The notes under the pieces are model-generated. The model saw only the letters and a list, made by a program, of their open reading frames with translations, was not told the origin of the DNA and did not search any database. From a virus, in IMG/VR virus record IMGVR_UViG_3300045988_028876, positions 1-42,997 of that record: a DNA stretch of 42,997 bases. One strand, 5' to 3'. Position numbers and translations under genes: made by a program. Positions 8,390-15,242 of this stretch are shown piece after piece (the first letter of the stretch is position 1; each line of letters begins with the position of its first letter).

Positions 8390-8660
8390 GATAATTCCTC
8401 CCAAACTCCCGGATAAAGTCCTCCACGGTCCAACCATTCTTGACCATAGCCTTTCGCTGCCCGTATTTGTGCAGCTCCCGCATGGTGTCTTTGTTGTTGT
8501 GGGCCGCATCTGGGCCGAAAATGTGGCATCTGTCGTGGCACAGATAGACCACCAGCCCGTATTTTTCAGACTTCTTTCGGTATGGCCCGCCGAAAATATG
8601 ATGCTTGTCCAGTGGGTCCACAGAACCATTGCGCCCGCATAGCCAGCACTCGTGCAGCAT
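8376..8660 (-). CDS. Ref-like (RecA-dependent) HNH-type nuclease family protein
   Basis: CWLCG..DKHHIFGG..R..SEKYGLVVYLCHDRCH...FGRNY resembles the family as I recall it. Confidence 0.55.
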   Translation of the reverse strand: MLHECWLCGRNGSVDPLDKHHIFGGPYRKKSEKYGLVVYLCHDRCHIFGPDAAHNNKDTMRELHKYGQRKAMVKNGWTVEDFIREFGRNYLEAD

Positions 8661-9022
8661 TATCCACCGCTCCTATTCCATTCCCGGTCTAATTGATCGT
8701 TTAGTATTTTGATTTGGAGCTTGTAGCCGTTGATGGCCTCCATAGCGGATTTATATACAACCTCCGCCACATCCCGCTCAAACCGGAGCTTTGCTATCTC
8801 CGGGTTTCCCCGGCACACATCCGATATAATCGTGACCGGGGTCCCGTTTTCCCGCTCCACAAGTATCTTCTTAGCCATTTCTACACGGTAATCGTGCTCC
8901 GCTTGGGCATATGCCCTTCCGCGTTTTCCAAGTTGAGTGATTGCTTTGTCGAGCAGCACGGTTTTCTGTCCGATCTCTTCTGTTAAGTCCGCGTCCATAC
9001 CCAGCACCTCTTCTTGTTGCAT
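8660..9022 (-). CDS. hypothetical protein (120 aa; the start may be 8998)
   Basis: Co-oriented ORF between the annealing protein and the nuclease. Confidence 0.55.
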   Translation of the reverse strand: MQQEEVLGMDADLTEEIGQKTVLLDKAITQLGKRGRAYAQAEHDYRVEMAKKILVERENGTPVTIISDVCRGNPEIAKLRFERDVAEVVYKSAMEAINGYKLQIKILNDQLDREWNRSGG

Positions 9023-9492
9023 AGAATAGATAATCCGGAGATGTTTTGTGCGTCATCATAGGCTATCTTCTCTACCTGGAAGTCGTCATAATTTTTATAC
9101 TTGCCGTTGTATTGCTTGATGTTGCATTTTTCGGACGGTATCTTGATTTTCGGGGCGCTGTAAAGCTCCGCTCCAATTCCCCACGCAAATCCAGCCCGCT
9201 TCATTGCGTCGCTGGCCTCGCCCTTTTCGGCCTCCATATTTGATTCAGTCCCAACGTTCCACTTCTGTATCCACTCTCCGGATTCTGACTTGATGGAGAT
9301 GCCGCAGTACATCTTCCCATCTATTTCCTTATATTCATTGCACCAATTCATTGGGCCAACGGTTTCATCTAAGAGCGCCGAATCGGTCCTAGCGGTTTTG
9401 TAAAGGAGCAGCTTCAACCACTTGCCTTGTTTATCGATTTCAGATACCCTACACTCGATTTCTCCCTCATTGAGCAGACGAAACATCCTCAT
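8983..9492 (-). CDS. Rad52/Sak-like single-strand annealing protein
   Basis: KGEASDAMKRAGFAWGIGAELY motif. It neighbours Gp157 and SSB. Confidence 0.7.
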   Translation of the reverse strand: MRMFRLLNEGEIECRVSEIDKQGKWLKLLLYKTARTDSALLDETVGPMNWCNEYKEIDGKMYCGISIKSESGEWIQKWNVGTESNMEAEKGEASDAMKRAGFAWGIGAELYSAPKIKIPSEKCNIKQYNGKYKNYDDFQVEKIAYDDAQNISGLSILCNKKRCWVWTRT

Positions 9493-9496
9493 ATCA

Positions 9497-9982
9497 TCAC
9501 CTCAGCTGCAGTGACTGACGCTCTACCAACTCTACCCCTGGGACCTGCGTACCGCCCTTAATCAGTGCTGTAACAGCCCGCTTGTCAATAGAGGGGGAAG
9601 CATACACCACCATATCCGGGTGTCCATTGTAATCCAGCCACTCCGCGGCGGATGTAATATCGTCCACCTCCAAAGCTGTGGACTTGCGGTAGCTGATGGA
9701 GCACCGGGCCGTTTCAAACTTCTCCCCGTCCAGTGCGAATCCGATGTACTCCCGCAGCCGTTTGGCTTTATTCTCCATAGCCTTGCGGCGCTCACTCAAC
9801 CGGGCTTCTTCCTCCTTGATGGCTTTGGCCTCCGCCTCAAGGTTCTTCACATACAGAGCCGTATTTTCAATCTTTGCCTCTCTCTCCATCTGGAGCCGTG
9901 AGAACTGCTCGTAGTCCAGCAGTTCCCCAGTTTCCGGATCTACCAGTGCTTCCAAGGCGCTGTCGATTTCGTACAGTTTCAT
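9497..9982 (-). CDS. Siphovirus Gp157-family protein
   Basis: MKLYEIDSALEALVDPETGE..., a coiled-coil centre, and CSISYRKS. The SD is GGAGGA. Confidence 0.7.
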   Translation of the reverse strand: MKLYEIDSALEALVDPETGELLDYEQFSRLQMEREAKIENTALYVKNLEAEAKAIKEEEARLSERRKAMENKAKRLREYIGFALDGEKFETARCSISYRKSTALEVDDITSAAEWLDYNGHPDMVVYASPSIDKRAVTALIKGGTQVPGVELVERQSLQLR

Positions 9983-10065
9983 ATCTATTTTCCTCCGGTT
10001 CTAAAGGGCGTTCCGGCAGTTCATATCTCTGCCCGGCCCCATTGTAGTAATACATATGTTTCTCC

Positions 10066-10093
10066 TTGCATTTTTGGATGGACGTGTTATAAT
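10066..10093 (+). promoter_or_regulatory. near-consensus promoter TTGCAT-N16-TGtTATAAT
   Basis: -35 at 10066..10071 and -10 at 10088..10093, with a TG extension. Confidence 0.55.
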
Positions 10094-10098
10094 CAATA

Positions 10099-10163
10099 TG
10101 TATGGTGCCCGTCCCCTTTGCCGCCCCTCGGTCTGCACACCGGGGAGCGGCACTTTTTATTTT
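10099..10163 (+). ncRNA. candidate ~65-nt small RNA or terminated leader (sRNA-A)
   Basis: The promoter above is followed by a 12-bp GC stem (10120..10131 / 10140..10151) and ACUUUUUAUUUU. There is no credible ORF. It is antisense to the leftward operon. Confidence 0.4.
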
Positions 10164-10164
10164 G

Positions 10165-10193
10165 TTGCTCATGGCTTTCACCCGTGATAAAAT
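10165..10193 (+). promoter_or_regulatory. promoter TTGCTC-N17-TGaTAAAAT for 10216..10389
   Basis: Extended -10, immediately downstream of the sRNA-A terminator. Confidence 0.45.
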
Positions 10194-10215
10194 TATTTTG
10201 AAAGGGGGTGAACTT

Positions 10216-10389
10216 ATGGACTTCTCCCAATACACAAAAGTAAAGGAAATAGAGGGGACCGAAAACCTGGCAAATATGCTCTACGATGGGTGGGAACTTC
10301 TGAGCGTTGCCCCAGGGACTAAAGAAAATACTGCCTACTTCCTTTACTGTGTTGGTTGGCGGGACCCTATTGACCGACTTGGGCTTTGA
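10216..10389 (+). CDS. small plus-strand protein (57 aa)
   Basis: AAGGGGGTGA SD. Sequence MDFSQYTKVKEIEGTENLANMLYDGWELLSV.. The pattern resembles small GW-containing phage proteins. Confidence 0.5.
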   Translation: MDFSQYTKVKEIEGTENLANMLYDGWELLSVAPGTKENTAYFLYCVGWRDPIDRLGL

Positions 10390-10534
10390 GGCGCCCAAGG
10401 CAAAAAAGATAAGGTTTTTCCGTTGTTGCGCAGACAGCGATCCAGTTGCCGCTGGACAGCTTCTGCGCAACTTCTTTTATGTCTTTTGTTTCTACGATCT
10501 CCACGATTTCAGATAAAACGGCTCTGTTGTCCAT
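10367..10534 (-). CDS. small protein (55 aa), possible distant paralog of 10216..10389
   Basis: GAGGAGGA SD. Sequence MDNRAVLSEIVEIVETKDIKEVAQKLSSGNWIAVCATTEKPYLFCLG. Its 3' end overlaps the plus-strand gene by 23 nt. Confidence 0.5.
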   Translation of the reverse strand: MDNRAVLSEIVEIVETKDIKEVAQKLSSGNWIAVCATTEKPYLFCLGRLKAQVGQ

Positions 10535-10551
10535 GTTGTTCCTCCTCTGAT

Positions 10552-10725
10552 TTACTTAACGACCAGCGCCACCGCCATCACCACGATGAGCAGCACCACG
10601 GCCCCTACAAACAGCCGCTGAACCCTGGCTGTCTTGATTGCCTCCCGCTTCCACCGTACCCGGCGGCTGTACTCCGCCGCCCGCTGGCTGGGTGTCCAGT
10701 CTGCGTCAATGATCTTGTCCTTCAT
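10552..10725 (-). CDS. small membrane-anchored protein (57 aa)
   Basis: GGAAGGAGGA SD. C-terminal TM segment LFVGAVVLLIVVMAVALVV. Confidence 0.55.
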   Translation of the reverse strand: MKDKIIDADWTPSQRAAEYSRRVRWKREAIKTARVQRLFVGAVVLLIVVMAVALVVK

Positions 10726-10879
10726 GCTTGTCCTCCTTCCCGTGCAGCCGCTCATGCTCTGCCCAGGTCATCCCATAAAAAGCCCGGCAAAGGTCATCCA
10801 TAACATTTCTTGCGTTGTTAAAACGGCGCTCTATTTCTTGCTTGGTGCTTGTTTCGTTTAACTGCCCATCTTTGTTCAT
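10706..10879 (-). CDS. small protein (57 aa)
   Basis: CAAGGAGGA SD. Sequence MNKDGQLNETSTKQEIERRFNNARNVMDDL... Confidence 0.55.
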   Translation of the reverse strand: MNKDGQLNETSTKQEIERRFNNARNVMDDLCRAFYGMTWAEHERLHGKEDKHEGQDH

Positions 10880-10894
10880 GACAAAAAATCCTCC

Positions 10895-10923
10895 TTGCAT
10901 TTGGCCCGGAGGAATGGTAAACT
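10895..10923 (+). promoter_or_regulatory. promoter TTGCAT-N17-TGgTAAACT
   Basis: -35 at 10895..10900 and -10 at 10918..10923. The -35 overlaps the SD of the minus-strand gene 10706..10879. Confidence 0.5.
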
Positions 10924-10929
10924 ATCCCT

Positions 10930-11005
10930 GCGAGCCCGTTGGCGTTATCAATGGGTTTCGCTGCCCTGGTCGGTGTCGTTACCACTGGCCGGGGCGTTTT
11001 TATTT
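10930..11005 (+). ncRNA. candidate ~75-nt small RNA (sRNA-B), convergent with the 3' end of the Xis-like gene
   Basis: 11-bp stem 10963..10973 / 10985..10995. It is perfect only on the plus strand, through G-U pairs. It is followed by GUUUUUAUUU. No ORF. Confidence 0.4.
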
Positions 11006-11200
11006 GGTCTTATCCGCTATCCACGCTTCGAGCTTCGGCCCGTAGATGTAGCACCACTTCGGTTTGTCTCCGCTCATAACGCAATCTCCAAACGGAAATA
11101 CCCCTTGCTGGATTCCATCCCGGATCGTATCCGGGGAGATACGTAGCCCTTCGGCCCGCAGGCGTTCAGTCGCTTCCGCAGCGGTCAACGCTTCGATCAT
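11000..11200 (-). CDS. excisionase-family / MerR-like HTH DNA-binding protein (Xis- or Cro-like)
   Basis: LTAAEATERLRAEGLRISPDTIRDGIQQGVFPFG...LEAWI matches the excisionase-type HTH pattern. The SD is CAGGAGGTGA. Confidence 0.65.
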   Translation of the reverse strand: MIEALTAAEATERLRAEGLRISPDTIRDGIQQGVFPFGDCVMSGDKPKWCYIYGPKLEAWIADKTK

Positions 11201-11214
11201 GTTGTCACCTCCTG

Positions 11215-11243
11215 TTGTCCTTCCCTTCCCGCCGTGGTATACT
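11215..11243 (+). promoter_or_regulatory. promoter TTGTCC-N17-TGgTATACT for 11266..11505
   Basis: Extended -10. It is co-linear and about 70% identical to the 10181..10225 promoter-leader. Confidence 0.5.
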
Positions 11244-11265
11244 GAGTTTGGAAGGGGGTGAATTT

Positions 11266-11505
11266 ATGGATTTCCCACCGTTTGATAGATTTAGAGAAAC
11301 TTTAACAGAAGAAAGGCTTGCTGAAATTTTTTCGGATATACACCAATTAGAAATTATCGAAATAAAGGGGTTAACTTCCGAAAATATCAGCGCCTTTATT
11401 TCAAAAATCAGGTATGATACAATTGGAGCATCTATCAGTGCGGCCATCGACCTTATAGGTGCATATCATGAATGGCTTTCGCAAGAGCTTTCGGATCGAG
11501 CTTAA
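11266..11505 (+). CDS. plus-strand moron, acidic hypothetical protein (79 aa)
   Basis: AAGGGGGTGA SD. AT-rich body, own promoter, antisense to the leftward operon. Confidence 0.5.
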   Translation: MDFPPFDRFRETLTEERLAEIFSDIHQLEIIEIKGLTSENISAFISKIRYDTIGASISAAIDLIGAYHEWLSQELSDRA

Positions 11506-11593
11506 GTTCAATTTCCCCATTCCACCGCTGGCCTTGTAGTGCAAGTACGAGGTCAGCGATTTCTTTTGCCTCGGCCTTGATAACGACCTCCAT
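11453..11593 (-). CDS. small protein (46 aa)
   Basis: GAAGGGGGTGA SD. Sequence MEVVIKAEAKEIADLVLALQGQRW... It overlaps the 3' end of 11266..11505 by 53 nt, so one of the two calls may be wrong. Confidence 0.3.
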   Translation of the reverse strand: MEVVIKAEAKEIADLVLALQGQRWNGEIELKLDPKALAKAIHDMHL

Positions 11594-11636
11594 CAAGTTC
11601 ACCCCCTTCTCCGAAATTCCGTAGAATCACCCCGCC

Positions 11637-11813
11637 CTACTGGCGGGATTCTTGTTCTCCGTTGGTGCGCTCCTTCTTTCTGCGCTTCTGGGCGGGTCTG
11701 TCTCGACACCCCTCTGCGTAACCAGCGATATAGAGTAAGGCTTCTTTAGGCAGGCCAACCAAGCTGTCGGCAATGTTTTGAGCGTCGGACAATCTTTCGA
11801 GATTTACGGGCAT
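11637..11813 (-). CDS. small protein (58 aa)
   Basis: CAGGAGGTGACAACATG, identical over 17 nt to the Xis-like gene initiation region. Basic C-terminus KRRKKER. Confidence 0.5.
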   Translation of the reverse strand: MPVNLERLSDAQNIADSLVGLPKEALLYIAGYAEGCRDRPAQKRRKKERTNGEQESRQ

Positions 11814-11851
11814 GTTGTCACCTCCTGCCGTTTCCATCTTGACAACGATTC

Positions 11852-12031
11852 TTACTTTGAAAGTAACAGAATGGTTGTCACACTCGTGATTGCAGCCAGT
11901 GCACACTGAACAACCAACAAGATGAACTTTCCCTTTTTCGTTTTCGGAAAGTTTTCCCATTCCTCATCTGTAATAGGAATATCAATCTGTCCAAACTTGG
12001 TGTTTGCCAGCCAGTCCCAAAATCGATCCAT
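11852..12031 (-). CDS. first leftward gene: small C-terminally membrane-anchored protein (59 aa)
   Basis: GAAGGAGGTGG SD. Sequence MDRFWDWLANTKFGQ..., then the TM segment FILLVVQCALAAITSVTTILLL. Confidence 0.55.
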   Translation of the reverse strand: MDRFWDWLANTKFGQIDIPITDEEWENFPKTKKGKFILLVVQCALAAITSVTTILLLSK

Positions 12032-12056
12032 CTCACCACCTCCTTCGCTTAACGAT

Positions 12057-12085
12057 ACCTTACCATAGTTTGACGAATAAGTCAA
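12057..12085 (-). promoter_or_regulatory. leftward (early lytic) promoter TTGACT-N17-TGgTAAGGT
   Basis: -35 at 12085..12080 and -10 at 12062..12057, read on the minus strand. Confidence 0.55.
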
Positions 12086-12127
12086 TACTTTTTTGTTCGT
12101 TCAGCGAAGATTTCTGTTGACTTATTC
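12070..12127. promoter_or_regulatory. candidate operators: palindrome TTGAC-N6-GTCAA (12070..12085) and an 11-bp inverted copy TTGACTTATTC (12117..12127)
   Basis: GAATAAGTCAA at 12075..12085 is the reverse complement of 12117..12127. Each copy overlaps a -35 box of the divergent promoters. Confidence 0.5.
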
Positions 12128-12145
12128 AATTCGTTGTGATTTAAT
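12117..12145 (+). promoter_or_regulatory. rightward promoter TTGACT-N17-TGaTTTAAT for the repressor gene
   Basis: -35 at 12117..12122 and -10 at 12140..12145. Confidence 0.5.
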
Positions 12146-12171
12146 AAATATCAGACAGGAGGTGTAATAAT

Positions 12172-12540
12172 GTGGAGACCATCAACGAAAGAATTGCGTG
12201 GTGTATAAAAGATGCCGGGATCAAAAAGGCTGAATTTGCTCGCAGACTTAACCTTTCACAGCCGTTTGTTTCAGAGCTGTGTTCTGGGAAAAACAACCCA
12301 AGCGACCGCACCATTGCTGATATTTGCCGCAAGTTTAATATTTCCGAGCTCTGGCTACGTACCGGAGAAGGCGAGCCCCATATTCAGAGGGACGAGGACG
12401 AAGAGTTCCTTGAAGTCATGGAACAAATCCATATGTCTGATGATGATTTGATAAAGCGGATTATCAAGGCGTATTGGTTTATGGAGGACGACGAAAAAGC
12501 CGTCATCAGAAAACTGATAGACGGCTTTACAAAAAAATAA
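12172..12540 (+). CDS. XRE-family HTH repressor (CI-like, no peptidase domain)
   Basis: GTG start 9 nt after AGGAGG. HTH segment IKKAEFARRLNLSQPFVSELCSGKNNPS. It diverges from the lytic operon and sits next to the int region. Confidence 0.8.
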   Translation: METINERIAWCIKDAGIKKAEFARRLNLSQPFVSELCSGKNNPSDRTIADICRKFNISELWLRTGEGEPHIQRDEDEEFLEVMEQIHMSDDDLIKRIIKAYWFMEDDEKAVIRKLIDGFTKK

Positions 12541-12576
12541 GGCCCCGGTTTCCCGGAGCCTTGTCGATTATTTTTT
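12539..12576. terminator. bidirectional intrinsic terminator between convergent genes
   Basis: Stem AAGGCCCCGG / CCGGAGCCTT, flanked by an A7 run upstream and a T6 run downstream. Confidence 0.6.
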
Positions 12577-12702
12577 GTGTAGTTTTTCGAGGATGAGGGC
12601 ACGTGTGAGTACAGACTTTAGATAAGTCTCGTCTTTGTTTCGATCCAAGATAAGTCCAATTTCTTTTCTGATGATATTAACAGATTCTTCCTTCGGCGTC
12701 AT
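12568..12702 (-). CDS. small protein (44 aa)
   Basis: GGGAGGAGGG SD. Sequence MTPKEESVNIIRKEIGLILDRNKDETYLKSV... It ends at the bidirectional terminator. Confidence 0.4.
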   Translation of the reverse strand: MTPKEESVNIIRKEIGLILDRNKDETYLKSVLTRALILEKLHKK

Positions 12703-12974
12703 TTAGCGCCCTCCTCCCAGTTTGTGCCCCTCCTAATCAGAATGATATAAATTTTCTAATTTTGGCACATTTTGTAGCCTCTAATTGCACTATACCCCTT
12801 TTTTCTTCCGAATTTTGTCGGAGCCTGTCAGAATTAGAAATTTTGTTCCCTGTGCTCCAAATTATAGAACGTTCGTTCTATTTATTCAAGATGGGATTCT
12901 TGCCAAAGATTGACATACTATTTTGTAGAGGTCATAGATTTTCGGTTTTTGAAGAAAAGTCCTGTTTTTTGCAC

Positions 12975-12983
12975 TGTTAAGAT
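12975..12983 (+). promoter_or_regulatory. possible extended -10 (TGtTAAGAT) for the lipoprotein gene
   Basis: Located in a 330-bp AT-rich intergenic region. An alternative TTGACA at 12910..12915 has only a poor -10. Confidence 0.3.
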
Positions 12984-13036
12984 ATTATTGTTTTCAACCG
13001 CCGGAGGGCGGTAAAAATAGAAGGAGGATAAAGTCA

Positions 13037-13978
13037 ATGAGAAAGAAACTTTTAGCAATGCTTCTGTGCGGAGTTATGGTGGTGTCACTGGCCTCCTGTG
13101 GAGAAAGCGCAGAAGAAAGCAACTCGCCTAGTCAAAACGAACCCCAGCAAACAATATCTAACGAACCGACCCAGAGCGATGACCAGGAGCCGGAAAACCA
13201 TACTCCCGAAGGCGACATCACATTTAGCGAATTGGTGGTCGTTGACAACGATGAGTGTTCCGTCAAGATTACTGGGGTTGACCCTGATGACATCTGGGGC
13301 TATACATTAAAGGCTGAATTAGAAAATAAGTCCGCAGATAAAAACTATATGTTCTCTGTTCAGAGTGCCTCCGTAGACGGTCTGCAAAGTGACCCGTTTT
13401 TTGCTACCGAAGTAGCTGCCGGCAAGAAATCTGTGAATGATATTTCTTTTACAGATTCTGACCTTGAAGAGAACAACATCTCTTTTACCGACATTGAACT
13501 TACAATCCGTGTTTATGACAGCGACGATTGGGCTGCAGATGCCGTTGCAACAGAAACCGTCCACATTTATCCATACGGGCAAGAAAGTGCGAAGGTATTT
13601 GAGCGGACTGCTCAAGATTCGGACAACGTCATTTTGGATAACGAATATGTCACTGTTACTGTAATCGGATATGATGAGGACAGCGTTTGGGGATACACCG
13701 CAGACCTCTTCCTCCAAAACAAGTCCGACAAAGAAATTATGTTTACAGTCGAAGACTCTTCTGTAAACGGTTATATGTCCGATCCATTCTGGGCCGTCTC
13801 TGTCTTGCCCGGAAAATGTGCGTTTAGTTCTATGTCCTGGTCTGATTCTGCTCTTGAAGAGATTGGGGTGGATGACGCAAGCGGCATTGAAGAGATAGAG
13901 TTCTTACTTCGTGTATATGACGGAAACGATTGGACAGCCGATGATTTTGCCAGTGAAACTATTACACTGAACCCATAA
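13037..13978 (+). CDS. secreted lipoprotein with an internal two-domain duplication (313 aa)
   Basis: Signal peptide plus lipobox MRKKLLAMLLCGVMVVSLASC. Two ~120-aa repeats share VWGYT..L.NKSDK..MF.V...SVNG..SDPF and RVYD..DW.AD. Low GC. Confidence 0.85.
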   Translation: MRKKLLAMLLCGVMVVSLASCGESAEESNSPSQNEPQQTISNEPTQSDDQEPENHTPEGDITFSELVVVDNDECSVKITGVDPDDIWGYTLKAELENKSADKNYMFSVQSASVDGLQSDPFFATEVAAGKKSVNDISFTDSDLEENNISFTDIELTIRVYDSDDWAADAVATETVHIYPYGQESAKVFERTAQDSDNVILDNEYVTVTVIGYDEDSVWGYTADLFLQNKSDKEIMFTVEDSSVNGYMSDPFWAVSVLPGKCAFSSMSWSDSALEEIGVDDASGIEEIEFLLRVYDGNDWTADDFASETITLNP

Positions 13979-14036
13979 CGCCACAAAACTTGAATAAAAT
14001 ATCCGCCCCCGGTGCTGGAACACCAGAGGCGGACAA

Positions 14037-14075
14037 GGGGCAGAAGCTTTTGTGGACCATCTGCCCCTTTATTCT
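14037..14075 (+). terminator. intrinsic terminator after the lipoprotein gene
   Basis: GGGGCAGA-N15-TCTGCCCC followed by TTTATTCT. Confidence 0.6.
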
Positions 14076-14098
14076 ACCGGAACGAAGGGGAAAAGTCA

Positions 14099-15217
14099 AT
14101 GAATTGTATGAAGTGCAAAGCAGACTTGCCAGACGGTGCGCTGTATTGCCCGACGTGCGGCAAAAAGCAAGCGCCGGAAAAGCGAAAGGCCCTAAAACGT
14201 GCCAACGGGACTGGGACTGTATATAAGCTCCAGGGCCGCAGGAAACGCCCGTGGGTGGCCGCAAAGAACAAGGTCATAATCGGTTACTATGAAAAAAAGA
14301 CGGAGGCTATAGAGTCTTTAGAACGCCTTGCCGGGAAAGACCTGACCGAACGGTACAATATGACATTTGCAGAGGTGTTTCGAGGGTGGAGCGAAGAACA
14401 TTATAAAACACTAACAAAAAGCGGGATCACTTCTTATGATATAGCCTACAATGTGTTCTCTGCGCTCCACAACAAAAAATTCCGTGATTTGCGCACCTCT
14501 GATTTTCAAGCAGAGCTGGATAAAATCAAAGGAAAATCCCACTCCACCATGTCAAAGCACAAGCAGCTTATCACGCAGATGTCTCAATGGGCCATCAGGG
14601 AAGAAATCTGCACGACCAACTTTGCAAAATTCGTCCGGTTGCCGGAGACCGTAAAGAAGGAAAAAGAAGTATTCTCCGCCGAAGAAATCAAAAAGCTTGA
14701 AGAAGATGGAAGCGAAGCGGCAAGAATCGTCCTCATGCTCCTAGCCACTGGTATGCGAATTGGGGAACTGTTTTCGCTCCCGTTAGAGGATTACCACAAA
14801 ACGTATGTTATAGGCGGGTCTAAGACGGAGGCAGGAAAAAACCGAGTCATCCCGATAAGGCCGGAGGGTCGGAAGCATTTTGAATACTTCGCCCAGCAAG
14901 CAGACGGGGCGTTACTTTTATCGGGGTACACGGGGCAAAAAATATATGCAAACTATCGAGGACGTGATTATTACCCTCTGCTAAAGCGGCTCGGAATTAA
15001 AAAGAAAAGTCCTCACGCTACTAGGCATACATACGCATCCAGAGCTGTGAAAGAAGGCATACCACCAGAGATTTTACAAAAAATATTAGGCCACGCCGAC
15101 TATTCTACTACGGCAAACGTATACACCCATATTGACATCAAAACACTTGTGGAAGCTGTTGACGTTACTAGCTCGTTACTAACAAATAAAAAGCCGAGAG
15201 AAAAAGAAAATCCCTAG
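14099..15217 (+). CDS. int: tyrosine integrase with N-terminal zinc ribbon
   Basis: MNCMKCKADLPDGALYCPTCG. Catalytic pattern ATGMRIGEL, HATRHTYAS and LGHADYSTTANVYTH. The start at 14099 has a GAAGGGGAAAAG SD. Confidence 0.92.
   Translation: MNCMKCKADLPDGALYCPTCGKKQAPEKRKALKRANGTGTVYKLQGRRKRPWVAAKNKVIIGYYEKKTEAIESLERLAGKDLTERYNMTFAEVFRGWSEEHYKTLTKSGITSYDIAYNVFSALHNKKFRDLRTSDFQAELDKIKGKSHSTMSKHKQLITQMSQWAIREEICTTNFAKFVRLPETVKKEKEVFSAEEIKKLEEDGSEAARIVLMLLATGMRIGELFSLPLEDYHKTYVIGGSKTEAGKNRVIPIRPEGRKHFEYFAQQADGALLLSGYTGQKIYANYRGRDYYPLLKRLGIKKKSPHATRHTYASRAVKEGIPPEILQKILGHADYSTTANVYTHIDIKTLVEAVDVTSSLLTNKKPREKENP
15134..15187 (+). repeat. left copies of attP-flanking direct repeats (GACATCAAA at 15134..15142; GTTACTAACAAAT at 15175..15187)
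   Basis: The same two words recur in the same order at 15371..15379 and 15391..15403. Confidence 0.8.
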
Positions 15218-15242
15218 AACCGTTGCGGCTCTAGGGATTTCT
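15212..15242 (+). terminator. weak terminator-like hairpin overlapping the int stop
   Basis: CCCTAGA-N11-TCTAGGG followed by ATTTCTT. Confidence 0.35.

Noticed and set aside
9867-10055. 62-aa minus-strand ORF (MYYYNGAGQRYELPE...) with an AAGGAG SD
   Set aside because: It overlaps the first 116 nt of the Gp157 gene out of frame, and its C-terminal half is R/G-rich. The SD-like word is also the -35 context of the sRNA-A promoter. It remains ambiguous and is not called.
10102-10215. Upstream ATG (10102) extending the 10216..10389 ORF to 95 aa
   Set aside because: The extension would be translated through a terminator hairpin/U-tract and a promoter. The strong SD (AAGGGGGTGA) serves the ATG at 10216.
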